Below, piece by piece: positions 1 through 12,996 of a DNA stretch of 64,000 nucleotides. The position numbers and the translations under genes are program-made. The notes beneath the pieces were generated by a model. That model had not been told where the DNA came from and made no database searches. It saw nothing but the letters and a program-made list of their open reading frames with translations. The DNA is from Octopus sinensis. Lineage: Eukaryota. How positions within the stretch are numbered: the first letter of the stretch is position 1; every line of letters starts with the position of its first letter. The DNA lies in the NCBI RefSeq assembly GCF_006345805.1, contig NC_043019.1, positions 15,933,360 to 15,997,359 on the forward strand, written 5' to 3'.

Positions 1-24
1 CCACACACACACACACACACACAC

Positions 25-272
25 ACAAGGAATGCTGAAAAGTTCCTGGCTTTAAGGGTGTCGCGAATGGCCTGGTTGGAAGCCCAACTTTCCAAGTTCT
101 TTTACAGGGTTTAGAAAAACTTAAGGACCATTGCAATGAGGAGATTTAAGGCGGTGCTCCAGCATGGCCGCAGTCTTGCGACTGAAACCATTAAAGGAAT
201 GGAAAAAAAAACTGATCCTGCTGTATTTTCTTTTCCACAATGCCAGCAACTTTTCAGGACCCCCCCCCATGC
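25..272 (+). mobile_element. Mariner-derived MITE, interrupted by a SINE 3' tail at about 141-212
   Basis: Left end TGCTGAAAAGTTCCTGGCTTT, right end GCCAGCAACTTTTCAGGACCCC; colinear with the more intact copy at 55582-55796. Confidence 0.65.
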
Positions 273-328
273 ATATGCACACACGAGAGAGAAAAACACT
301 CAACCCATTTAGCACCAGTACATAAATA

Positions 329-506
329 ATTATTTAAAACATTTTGACTCTGCTCCTTACGACAAAGTTTCGCAGGCCTCTTCACAGAACTTCTGACTCA
401 TCCAGGCTTAGATAACTGGTTATCTAAGCTTGGACGAGCCAGGTCTCTGTAAAGCGCCTGCGAAACTATAAGTTGCGTAGAACCGAATCAAACTATTTTA
501 AATAAT
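329..506. repeat. Fold-back inverted repeat (about 88-bp imperfect arms) with a hammerhead-like motif in each arm
   Basis: Centre GCTTAGATAAC-TG-GTTATCTAAGC at 417-418; AGTTTCGCAGGC pairs with GCCTGCGAAACT; ATTATTTAAAA pairs with TTTTAAATAAT; (TA)n follows at 513-570. Confidence 0.8.
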
Positions 507-514
507 AACAATAT

Positions 515-574
<60 letters not shown>

Positions 575-1759
575 AACACATGTATACATATCTATAGATC
601 ACACACCCAGAACGTATAAATTATATTCTCTGCTTAATGTTATCTCAGATTTTGTCTCAAAGTGATCACACTAAGCGGATATATATCAGTTCTTGATAGT
701 TATTAATAGGTGGAGATAGTGTGATGCATATTCATTCATTCTCCCACCCACCCCACATCCACCACCACCACCTTCAAGAGCCAATACATACGTTAAACGG
801 ATGTAAATGGAAATGGCTCCATTACTGGAGCTGGAAATTGAAACTGGGTCATCACCTCACCCACCTTACTACCACCACCACCACCATCGACACCGCCGCC
901 TCCATATAGCAACCTACCATTATCGATTTTCGTTCAGGCACCACCAGGACCACTCCACTCGTTTATAAAGTAATAAAAATGGAATCCTTGTGATGTTTAT
1001 TTATACTGCCAGCAGTGCCATCCGCCGCCACCATCTCTCAGCCAATTCGTCACTTAACCGCTACCACCACCACCACCACCTCCATTGCCGCAACCCTTCG
1101 TCCTATTTCTCTTGTTTTCCTTTTCTTTCAGGAGTAAAGCGAAAAAAAAGAAAAACAAAGACACACACACACACACATATAAAGGAAATGCATGAATGCC
1201 ACGTAATATCATCATTACTCACACACACACACAAACAAAAACCATATTCCCCAACCCCGCTCTTTTTCTCCCTCTACCTGACACACACACACACTTCTAA
1301 CAATGATATTAATCAATGGAATAATTACTTAACGCCAATTTTTATAAGGACGGAAATTCGCTTCCCTCTAATTTTTTTCTGGTCATAATATCTTCCGCGC
1401 ATTTATGGTGCCGCACGTTGGTCTGCGCGAAACTCTCGGCCCTTCAGTCACACTTTGTAACTTTTGTCAATAAATAGAAAATACTTATTACACGTTTTGG
1501 CTTCTATTTCGTTGTTTATATCAAACCTATGTACATGTGTATGTGTGTGTGAGAGAGAGAGAGAGAGAGAGTACACTTGAAATTGGTGTTAGTGTGTTTA
1601 CGTCCCCGTAATCTGGTGGTTCGACAAAAGGAGCTGAAGTCTAAGTCGAACAGTTCACAAAATCATAAACTGTTGGGGGAGGGGGGGGTCGTCTAAAAAT
1701 GCTTGGAGACCCCCAACATAACCGCAGTTCAGTTGGCTGCAAGAAAAGCTAACAAGTTA

Positions 1760-2105
1760 TACACACACATATAGTTACACATACATATATATAAATGTAT
1801 ACACACACACACACATATATATATAGATATATATATATATATAAACATATATTCATATATATATATATGTATATAAACATATATATATATACATAAACAT
1901 ACATATATATATATATATGTATATAAACATATATATATACATAAACATACATATATATATGTATATAAACATATATAAAACACATATATATATATATATA
2001 CATAAACATATATATATACACACATATATATAAACATATATGCATATATATGTATATATACATGCAAATATATATATACATACAAATATATATACATATA
2101 TATAT
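1760..2105. repeat. Compound (TA)n/(CA)n microsatellite
   Basis: Direct inspection. Confidence 0.95.
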
Positions 2106-2172
2106 GACCGCGTGTGTATTGTTGGCAATTATTTTTCCTCCGTCTTCCCTTCCTTGGATCTTTCCTTTTCCT

Positions 2173-2209
2173 ATGTTTCTGACGAAGAGCTCCGCTCGAA
2201 ATGTTACAT
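2173..2209 (+). ncRNA. Degenerate minimal type I hammerhead ribozyme motif (PLE terminal repeat)
   Basis: TGTTT-CTGACGA-A-GAGC(TCC)GCTC-GAAA-TG-T-T-ACAT; about 400 bp from the PLE endonuclease fragment. Confidence 0.6.
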
Positions 2210-2225
2210 CCTCCTTCTTATATAT

Positions 2226-2430
2226 ACATCATCATCATCATCATCCGCTTTCCATGCTAGCATGGGTTGGCTGATTTAACTGAAGACTAGCGAACCAGGC
2301 TCCAATCTGATCTGGCAGAGTTACTACAGCTGGATGCCTTTCCTATCACCAACCACTCCAAGAGTGTAGCGGGTGCTTTTATGTGCCACCTGCACAGGAG
2401 TCAGTTCAGCGGCACTGGCAACGACCTCAA
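2226..2430 (-). mobile_element. RTE-clade LINE 3' tail ending in (GAT)n
   Basis: Reverse complement of the CATGCTAGCATGGAAAGCGGA...(GAT)n end seen at 15570-15609 and 60920-61020. Confidence 0.75.
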
Positions 2431-2599
2431 AACATATGTATATATACATATATGAATATATATATGCATACATATTAATATATATATATGCATATATATA
2501 TATATATATACAAATATATACATATATATCTATAAATATATATATACATATATATAAATATATATATATACATATATATAAATATATATATATATAAAC

Positions 2600-3600
2600 A
2601 TAGCCTACAGAAAGAAAAGGGGTAAAGGAAAGAAATAAGCAGAAAACTAATAAAGGACAAATACAGAGCGACATGTGAATTTTAAATAAAAGCTTAAAGG
2701 CTTGGAAATAGATATATCTAGTGGAAGTTAATGTTAAAAGAAAATCAATGTTCAAATTATATAGAATGGTAGATATCACTTATATGAACTAAAGGTATGT
2801 TTATGCCAATGTTTACATTGATAAGCACATCTATAAACATGTTTACAAAGGGATTCTTAGAAAATAGAATAGAAATTGACAGCATTCTTTACCCTTATCA
2901 TATGGGAATGAAATTGAGGGAATCAACCAATCTAAATTAAATTGCTTATTATGGTCTTTTAGATATCAAATTAATTTACTAAGCACTGTACTGTTGCGTT
3001 TATCACTATCCCTAAATGTAAAGTAATTCTTTTAGATAACTAAGAAGAAGAACTACCTATATAAAAAAAAGTCATCGGTACCAGAAGTAATTTTACACTG
3101 GTATATAGGGGTTTTAGTCTTAGAATTACTAGACATAAACTTAATTCTGTTGGAATTGACTTCAGAGACATAACCTTGTTGTTAATACTTCTAGGGAGAT
3201 GGTCAGTATTAGCTAAATTAATGTTATTATTTTCAGTAATTGAATTCTTATTTAACCGACTAATATTATGTGAAGAGATAATTTCAGATAGGTTTTTTTG
3301 TGTTAGAAAAACTAATCCTAATCGTGTGCAAGTTGATAATCGAATTCTTTGGAAAATTCCAAATAATAGCTTCCCAAAACTGGAAAGGAAGTTTAGATTT
3401 CATTTCCCTCCCATATGAAATAATCAACCAAATAGTTTTGCTAGTAGTTGCCTTCTTCTTAGTGTGACTATCTTTAAAAGACATCGATTCACCTTTAGAA
3501 TGAACAGAGGGGCTTAAATAACGGTTACCTCCCTTACGCTGTAAAAAAAATTCCTCTGCTTGGTGTCTGAATTAAAACCAAATCTGTTCATACCGTTACA
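2600..3600 (-). mobile_element. Penelope-like retroelement 3' fragment (linker plus GIY-YIG endonuclease), frameshifted
   Basis: Minus-strand translation gives KTIWLIISY...NFPKNSIINLHTIRISFSNT (PLE linker), TPIYQCKITSGTDDFFYIGSS (GIY-YIG) and FRDSDKRNSTVLSKLI*YLKDHNKQFNLDW...PYDKGKECC (PLE endonuclease C-terminus). Confidence 0.85.
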
Positions 3601-3726
3601 ACATATGTACATACATCAAATACTAGATGGTCTTCGTCGCACCAACAAACTACATGTACATATATACATACACACATACGTACATATATTAATACACACA
3701 CATATGTACATATACACATATATACT

Positions 3727-3900
3727 CTTTGCTGTTTTACTTGTTTATCATCTGACTGTGGCCATGCTGGAGCACCGCCTTTAGTTGAGCAAATGAAACC
3801 CAGGACTTATTCTTTGTAAGCCTAGTACTTATTCTATCGGTCTCTTGCCGAACCGCTAAGTTATGGGGACGTAATGACACCAGCATCGGTTGTCAAACGT
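3727..3900 (-). mobile_element. SINE 3' half (dominant family of the window)
   Basis: GGCCATGCTGGAGCACCGCCTTTAG...AGCCTAGTACTTATTCTATCGGTCTC...CCGAACCGCTAAGTTA; shared with more than 10 other loci here. Confidence 0.85.
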
Positions 3901-5175
3901 GGGTAAAATATGTCCTATTCATAAAAGATGTGACAGAACTGAGGCCAAAAACTACAGACTATCTCTCTGACCTCACACATCAGCAAAGTCATGGAACGAA
4001 TAGTCAGAAGAAAACTAATCGCTCTCCTTGAAGAAAATGACTTGATGACTGACACCCAACATGATTTCCAACCAGGAAGAAGCTGCCTGACTCAGCTTTT
4101 ACAACACTGTGACTTGGTGCTGAAACAGCTGCTCAATCACTCAAATCTGGAAGTGATATATCTCGATGTTGCAAAGGGTTTTGATACAGTTGATCATGGA
4201 ATATGTCACAAACTGCATGACCTTGGCATAGTCGGAAAATTGGAAGAATGGCTTCATGACTTTCTGAATGTTAGAAGTCAGGTGGTAGTAGCCAATGGAG
4301 CCACCTCCAATGACATGCAAATAGTGAGTGGTGTTCCAAAAGGGACCACTACTGTTCATAATGGCCTTCTCAGAAATGCCATCAGCCATACTATGCACCT
4401 GCAATGTGAGCTGGATGAAATATAATATACAAGTGGGCTGAAAAGAATAGCATGCAGATTAATGCTGATAAGTTTCAACTTATGCTATGAGCATGCAAAA
4501 CTAAATGCAATACCAATTAAATAAGCTGGACCTGGAGGAATTGCAATCCCAGAGGCACAGTCAGTGCAAGACCTGGGCAATTTACATAAGTAATGATGCA
4601 ACCTACAATGTGCATGTTGCTAAACTGGCAAATGAAATCTTAGAAATCCTAGAACAAGAGATCAGGAAACCATGATCGTCCTCTGGAGGACCCTTGTCCT
4701 AGGCCACTTTGACTACTGGCTCTCAGCTATGGTCACCAACCAGTGTCAAATCAATCTCAGGACTTGAGGCAATCCAATGAAGCTACACGAAGAAGATAGC
4801 CTCTATGCAGCATATAAGCCACAGGGAAGAGATTAAGTCTCTCTTCCTTAGAGCATAGACGAGGGAAGATCCAGGAAGTGCATATACTAAACTTTGGCAT
4901 CAGGAGTTACACAAATACAAGAACTGGGCACCACTGCATAGTGCCAAGGACTCCAAATTTGACATCAAGATGTAGGACAAGATACTGCAAGAGCTCGGGC
5001 TTCAAAGGACAACAGCTCTTCAATATCCTCCCAAATGAACTGAGAGACCTGCATGGGGTGGATTTAGAAGTCTTCAAAATATAAGTAGACATCCTACTGT
5101 CAAGTGTCCCAGATGAGCCAACTTTATGGCAGGAGATGCGAGCGAATGAGGTCAGCGATATCAAACTCCCTCATA
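3900..5175 (+). mobile_element. CR1/L2-group LINE, 5'-truncated and old (RT plus C-terminal region)
   Basis: KNYR..SLTSHISKVMERIV, QHDFQPGRSCLTQLL, IYLDVAKGFDTVDH, SGVPKGT; many stops and frameshifts. Confidence 0.9.
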
Positions 5176-6594
5176 CATGTATATAAATACACATAGATAT
5201 ATATATACATATCTACACACATATACATACATGTATACATATACACATATTTATAAAAACATATCTACACACATATACATACATACACATATATGTACAT
5301 ACATACACATATATACATACACACAAATATATATACACACATACACATGTATATACATACAAATATATATTATATACACATGTATATATACATATATACA
5401 CATATATATATACATATACGTGTGTGTGTATATATATATACACACACACATATATCCATATATTATATATACATACATACATCCATATATATATATATAT
5501 ATACATATATACATACACATATATATATATATACACATATATATACATACACATATATATATATATACACATATATATACATATATATACATACATACAT
5601 ATATATATATATACATACACATACACATATATATATATATACATACACATACACATATATATATATATACATACACATATATATATACATACACACCACA
5701 TATATACATACACAATATATATATATATAACACATATATATATATATATACACATATATATATATACACACACACACATATATATACACATATATATATA
5801 TATACACACACATATATACATATATATATACACACACATATACATATATATATACACCACACACATAATATATATACACACACACATATATATTATATAT
5901 ATATATAACACACACACCTATATATATATATATATATATATACACACCACACATATATATATATATATACACATATCCATATATATATATACACACATAT
6001 CCAGATATATATATATATACACACATATCCATATATATATACACACATATCCATATATATATATACATATATACACACATATCCATATATATATATACAT
6101 ATATACACACATATCCATATATATACATACATATATACACATATCCATATATATATACATATATACACACATATCCATATATATATACATATATACACAC
6201 ATATCCATATATATATACATATATACACACATATCCATATATATATACACATATACACACATATCCATATATACACACATATCCATATATATATACACAT
6301 ATCCATATATATATATACATATATACACACATATCCATATATATATATACATATATACACACATATCCATATATACACACATATACACACATATCCATAT
6401 ATATATACACATATACACACATATCCATATATATATACACACATATCCATATATATATACATATATACACACATATCCATATATATATACATATATACAC
6501 ACATATCCATATATATATACACACATATCCATATATATATACACATATATATATACACACATATCCATATATATATACACACATATATATATAT

Positions 6595-6639
<45 letters not shown>

Positions 6640-6852
6640 TATATATATATACACACATATACATATATATATACACACATATACATATATATATACACAC
6701 ATATACATATATATATACACATATATATATATACACACATATACATATATATATACACATATATATATATACACACATATACATATATATATACACATAT
6801 ATATATATATATACACACATATACATATATATATACACATATATATATATAT
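5176..6852. repeat. 1.7-kb (TA)n/(CA)n array containing a 30-bp higher-order unit
   Basis: ATATCCATATATATATACATATATACACAC repeated exactly at 6141-6230, with variants over about 5970-6570. Confidence 0.95.
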
Positions 6853-8312
6853 AGGGAAACAAGTCCCTTGCAGTGAATTACCGTCCGATCTCACAACCTC
6901 TCATATCATCAAGGTATTTGAGAGGGTGGTGAGATCTCGAATAACCCAATTTCTGGAAAGCAACAGACGGCTGATCTCCAACCAACAGGGTTCCGTAATG
7001 GAAGGGACTGCCTAACGCAGTTCCTGCATCACTTTGAGGACATTTTGAGAGCTTTGGGAGAGGGCTCCAACACCGATGTCATCTACCTTGATTTCAGTAA
7101 GGCCTTCGACAGGGTCGATCACAAGATCCTATTGAAAAAACTATCCAACATTGGGTCTCTGGAAAGTTACTGAAATGGATCAAGTGTTTCCTGACAGACA
7201 GATCTCAACATGTTGTAGTTGAAGGGGTAAAATCAAGCCCAGCCAAAGTCAGTAGTGGCGTTCCGCAAGGCACTGTGCTGGGCCCACTTCTTTTCATCAT
7301 TTACATTAATGACATTAATGACATCATCAAGCACAGCAACATAAAAATCTTTGCAGATGACTCCAAGCTACAGAAGGTCATAAATGAGGCGAGTGACCGG
7401 ACATGCCTTCAGTCAGATCTACTGGCTGTTATCCAATGGGCAGAAAAAAACAATATGCTGCTGAACGAGGATAAATTTGAGCTAATCCACTTTGGAAAGA
7501 GGATGCCCTGAAACTCCCATACTCCCTTCCTTCAGGTGAAATTCTCGCGGCGTCCAACAACATCAGAGACTTGGGAGTAATTGTGGACAACAACATAAGC
7601 TGGGCCACTCATATAACACCAAAGTTGACATGGCCCGCAGAATGTGTTCCTGGATTCTCAGAACTTTCCAGTCGAGAGATATCCACACCATTATCCTTCT
7701 CTTCTCCACTTTTGCCCGACCCCACCTTGAATACTGTTGTCCACTGTGGTCTCCCCACACAATACAAGGTATCATAAAAGTTGAAGCACCTCAAAGGGCA
7801 ATCACAAAAAAGATAGATGGCATGACAGGCCTCGACTATTGGGGTCGACTAGAAAAGCTAAAACTCTATTCTCTCCAACGTCGTCGTGAGCGCTACATCA
7901 TCTGCATGATGTGGAAAATATTCATCAGCATTGCCCAAATGATGTTGGCATCACCTTCAAGTACATCCAAGGCTTGGGCCCCGTGCCATCCGCCCAAAAC
8001 AAAAATCGCACTCTCATCTCATAACAACAATACGGCACAATTATTTCACCTCAATGGCCCCGCTCTCTTTAACATTACACCAAAACACATTAAAACAGAA
8101 ACTGACCCTATAGGGTTCAAGAAGTCTTTGGACAGATTCTTAGAAATCCCGGATAAACCCCCTACACCCGGATATGTCTCTGTAAACAATAACTCTCTAC
8201 TTGAGTGGGCCATAGTGCCCAAATTCTGACTTGAAAGACTTCACCAGGTGGTGCTATTAAGTTAGACATGGCCTGGGCCAATAATGGCCGAAACCTATCA
8301 AAGTATCAAAGT
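6853..8312 (+). mobile_element. CR1-group LINE, 5'-truncated, apparently young (RT domain to 3' end)
   Basis: NYRPIS, YLDFSKAFDRVDH, SGVPQGTVLGPLLF, FADD, RPHLEYCCPLWSP, LYSLQRRRERY; stop at 8229; short (TATCAAAG) tandem tail; flanked on both sides by TA/CA array. Confidence 0.95.
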
Positions 8313-8373
8313 ATATATATACACACATATACATATATATATACACACATATACATATATATATACACACATA

Positions 8374-8435
<62 letters not shown>

Positions 8436-8522
8436 CACATATATATATATATATACACACATATACATATATATATACACACATATATATATACACACAC
8501 ACATATACATATATGTATATAT
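8313..8522. repeat. (TA)n/(CA)n microsatellite
   Basis: Direct inspection; same composition as 5176-6852. Confidence 0.95.
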
Positions 8523-9000
8523 GACCGTTTTAATTTATATCCATTTACTAATAAGTTCGAGTCGTGGTGAGGTCCACCCTAACAATCTGAAATCAATAAA
8601 ACGAAGGATCAGTCACGTACTGGGGCTTAAACTCTCCAACTCTCCATACTTCTATCCCCAACACAAACACAAAAAAATCCTTGACTGATAGATACCCTTA
8701 TTAGTATAGGTCTCTAACAGGTGGTGGTCGTGGGTTTATAAGTTTAAATGATTGCTACTGGTCCAGATTCTAAATTATAAATAATAAAAAAATGTAAAGA
8801 AATGTAAAAGAAAGCGTGTTTTCTAGCTATAAAATAAGGAAGGGCTGGCTGTGAGCCCGAAAAGTTTAGCAGTTCATGTTATATTTTAACTCTAAGGAGT
8901 GGTGCCTAATTTATTAAGCTTATGACTTAGACCCCATTATACTTTAAATTACTCTTTAAAGTTTAGGGATCCTAAGTTTTATAATTTAATGTGTACTATT

Positions 9001-9165
9001 CTTTTATTCTTTTACTTGCTTCAGTCATCTGACTGCGGCCATGCTACAGCAACGCACTTAGTCGAACAAACCGATCCCAGGACTTATTCTTAGTAACCAC
9101 TAAATTACAGGGACTAAACACACCAACATCGCTTGTCAAACGATGGTGGGCGGACAGTCACACAC
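9001..9165 (-). mobile_element. SINE 3' half
   Basis: TTTTACTTGCTTCAGTCATCTGACTGCGGCCATGCT...; same family as 3727. Confidence 0.8.
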
Positions 9166-11552
9166 AAAAACATACATACATATATATATAAACCTACAAT
9201 TCCTTAATAAGGACATTGCTTAGCTGGTCCAAACTTCGAAGTCACTGTCAATAAATCCTATTCGAGTAAGACAGTATTGAGTGATCCTGCAATTTAATGT
9301 AAAATTGCTTTTACTAAAACATAAAATTACATATATAATTTGATCCCTGAACTTTGAGGTTCGAAAGTTCATTAAACGAACAGCCTCTTTATAGAAAGAG
9401 GTTTAAAAGATACCCCCCCCCCCACCAAATTATAAAGGGTCAAAAGTTTATGCATTAGGATATGTATTCAACACTGGAGAAAGAAACTGCTCCCAAAATT
9501 CTGGGGGGGGGGTCAAAAGTGTATAGGTCCATTATTAAAAGAGAGTTTGCTCACTGGGAACGTTTTGGGGTCATGCCCCTAAATGATTAGGGCTTAAAAA
9601 ATAAAAAAAGGTAAGGATGGAGGTGGGTGGATTGAGGAAATTACTTCTATTAAAGAGAGAATAGATATAAGCTACCCTAGTTTTGTACACCACATGAACT
9701 TATTTGGGGGTCATCATTAATATTTAAGGGGCTTCTTTCATTTCAACACACGCAGGCGTGTGCGTGTATGTATATATATCGTAAAACAATTTTAAAAATA
9801 GGATAATGATAGGCGAAGAGAAATAAATGGAAAAGAGCGAGCGGCGAAGGTGAGGAGGGAAGAAATGGTGTCACGGATAATAGGGGTTGAAAAATATTAG
9901 GGATCTGCTTTGTTTTCCTTTTCAAATTATATATATATATATTTATATATATACACACACAGCTCATGAATAAAGAAAGGAGGTAGCTGAGTGAAAGCTA
10001 TGAAAATGTAAATCAAAGTTATAGGAAAAAAGAGATCGAGAGAGAAGAGAAAATTAGAACAAGATGGAGAAATATTTGTGTGAATAAATACGGGTGGGAG
10101 TAAAAAAAATGTTTAACCCGAGAACAATCAGACCAAGCAGAGCAGATGTGTTCCAGGTGTGACCATCCCTTTTTAAGAAATTATTTAATTATCATTATTC
10201 GTTTAATCAGGAACTTACATTGCCTCCTTTATTCATACCGTTTTTAAACAGTGAAGTGTAAATTCAATGCGATTTGGATTCAATTTCTATAGGTCGAAAG
10301 ACTACCTCGAGGCTTCCCTCATTAGTGCACTATACACTTATAGACGCGCGTTCAGTGTTTTAAAAGTTATATATACACGAAGCTTATTATATACACTAAA
10401 AACAATGTTACGTAAATGTGTAATACATATATACATACGCGGACACATATACACAAACTGTTATTTTACACTGACCACATTGCGATTGTTATACAAAGCA
10501 CATTGTTGTGTATACGTTGTAAAAACCGTATAGTAACTATTGGTGTATATACATACATAGTATATATGTGTGTGTGTGTATGTAGTGTGTTGAATGTGAG
10601 TGTTGCTGGTGTCGTGTGCACTCTATTGTGTTCGTGGGTACGGATGTGTATTAATTATATACCCAGTGGCTGTAAATATAGAAATGAAGAGAAACTAACA
10701 TTCCTGAAAAACCAACAATTATTATATGTGTGTATGTGTGTACATACAAACACCCGCTCCAAAATATTTACATACAAGCAGACATACCCATTAACGATAC
10801 ACACAACACATATATATACATACAAAACACACAAATATATATAAATATATATATATATACACATACATACATATATATTACAAGTTTGTAAACAAGAGAA
10901 ACTGTCACGTGAACAGATACGATTAGAAATTAAAGATTGGGATAACGTATGTGTGTGGAGATATATAAATATATACTAAACAAATATTTATATATACACA
11001 CACACACACACATAAGTATGTATGTACATCTATGACTGTGCCTGTAACGGAGTTTTGTGGCCATGTTGGATCAGCAGAAACCACGTTTTCCTCCTTTTAA
11101 ATTCGATGAACGTTAGGCAGGGAGCAAGGATTTCTGAGGAAGACATACAGACACACTCACAAATATACATGCTTACAAACTAGCACACACACACACACAC
11201 ACGTGTACACTTCATATCTTCATCTATATATAGATAGTACCCATGATATATTTATTCGACTAAAGGTGCTGTTTACGAGCTAATTCGACCTAACTAGGTA
11301 CCTATCACTCAAGTACCTGACTCAAACGAATCCTTAATATTGTACGTCAATCTATCTATCTATACACACACACACCACGCACCTAACATGCTTACGTACA
11401 GACCCACCAAACATTCAACGTACATAGACTAATTTACGTACACACACAAACACAGCCACATCTACATCTACACATACAATTAGAACCAGAGCCAAAAGTA
11501 CACACACACACGTTTTATATATATATATATATACATATACACATAAACGTAC

Positions 11553-11595
11553 AAACAGACATGCTTAGAAGTAGAAGTGAACAGCAAAGCGACAT
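11553..11595 (-). CDS. Candidate alternative first coding exon (short hydrophobic leader MSLCCSLLLLSMSV, phase 1)
   Basis: ATG at 11595, 14 codons plus 1 nt, then GTACGT donor-like site at 11552-11547; same strand and phase as exon 21032-21098. Confidence 0.25.
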
Positions 11596-11694
11596 CGTCA
11601 ATCACAGAGAAGTATAATAAATACAATAACAGCAGAAAGTGAAGGGGGCTAAAATGGTGAAGTTAATGGTGGAGATGGAGGAGGGCGCGCCGTT

Positions 11695-11757
11695 CGCCAT
11701 CTTGCCTAGCTTTTTGCTTGTTATTTGTGGCCAGAGTTTTATAATCGCTATCCGCCC
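11695..11757 (-). promoter_or_regulatory. Candidate Pol II core promoter
   Basis: Minus strand, in order: GGGCGG (11757-11752), TATAAAA (11743-11737), YY1-type AAGATGGCG (11703-11695), in a CpG-containing non-repeat island. Confidence 0.4.
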
Positions 11758-12632
11758 GCTTCTTCTTATCGTCACACATACATTCAAAAATACATATACA
11801 TACATACATATATATATATATACATATTTGTTTCTTTTGGTATTGGGTAGATTTATGCTTGCCTACTGAAATAATAAGACAAATGTATTATTACACTCAG
11901 CTACCCAGTAGTAGGAGTACTCTTCTAATTAAATGGCCTTTGTGGTGGAGAGGAGATAAAAACAAGACTAAAAAAAGCGGTGTTGGTTGGTGGCTGTGTC
12001 TTACTACTCCTCGAGGTTTTGTTGTAGCTTTGTCTTGTTGCATATGACAACGGAAGAAATAAAAAAAGAAAGTTGGTTTGCATTACATGTACATGTAAAC
12101 TTAACTAAGCGTATCAACCACATTCAACCACAAAGATATGTAACACTCGTGATTATGTGTGTGTGCGTGTATATATATACCGAAACTCTGTGGTGTGTGT
12201 ATATATATATGTACTAACTTAAGGAAAAAGTACTTAATTGCTAAATATTGATACTATATTTACTCCGATGACACGACTGGTTAGAACTTCGAAGTTACTG
12301 CCAACCTTCTCCATGTAAGGAAAAAATTAATATGTACTCGAAAGTATTAAGGCGATTCTTCAGTTTAAATGTCAAGCCGTATTTAAATATAACTGTACAT
12401 ATAAATTATATATATGTATATATGTAATATATATATATATATCGCACTAGGTACAATCACACCTAATTAAACTAAACACTTTATATATACATGTGTGTGT
12501 ATGAATGGAAAAAAAATCACCCCTCGTCACTATACTGACAACAAAACCGGAGGACAAATACTTCCATGGTGACACATAGAATTCTGATCGCACACAGTCT
12601 TCAATATAGGGAATTACTATGTGGGGTATGTG

Positions 12633-12678
<46 letters not shown>

Positions 12679-12996
12679 CACGTATGTGTGAGAGATCAAT
12701 GGAGTGGAAATTGTAGCAAGGAAGTGCCTAGCGTGTTAAAAATAGGGAACATTTTATATATCATTGCAAAGGGGGACAAGACCACACACAATCATGTTCG
12801 TGTGTGTGTGTGTATATATATGTAGAACCTTTATATTTCTCACTCTCTCTAAATATAACACACACACGAAGGCATGTATGTATGATACACTTATTTACAA
12901 CTGCACGGGATGTGTTCTCTCCACTCAAAGTATGCCACTACCTTGTACGCTCATGTAGCATGTGTGTGTGTGTATGTATGTATATATATATATATA

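Noticed and set aside
5177-6894. Long ORFs of up to 476 aa rich in Y, I, H, T, C, V and M (also near 1.7-2.1, 33.3-34.0, 45.5-46.1 and 59.4-60.1 kb)
   Set aside because: Translations of TA/CA/TACA microsatellites, which lack stop codons by composition.
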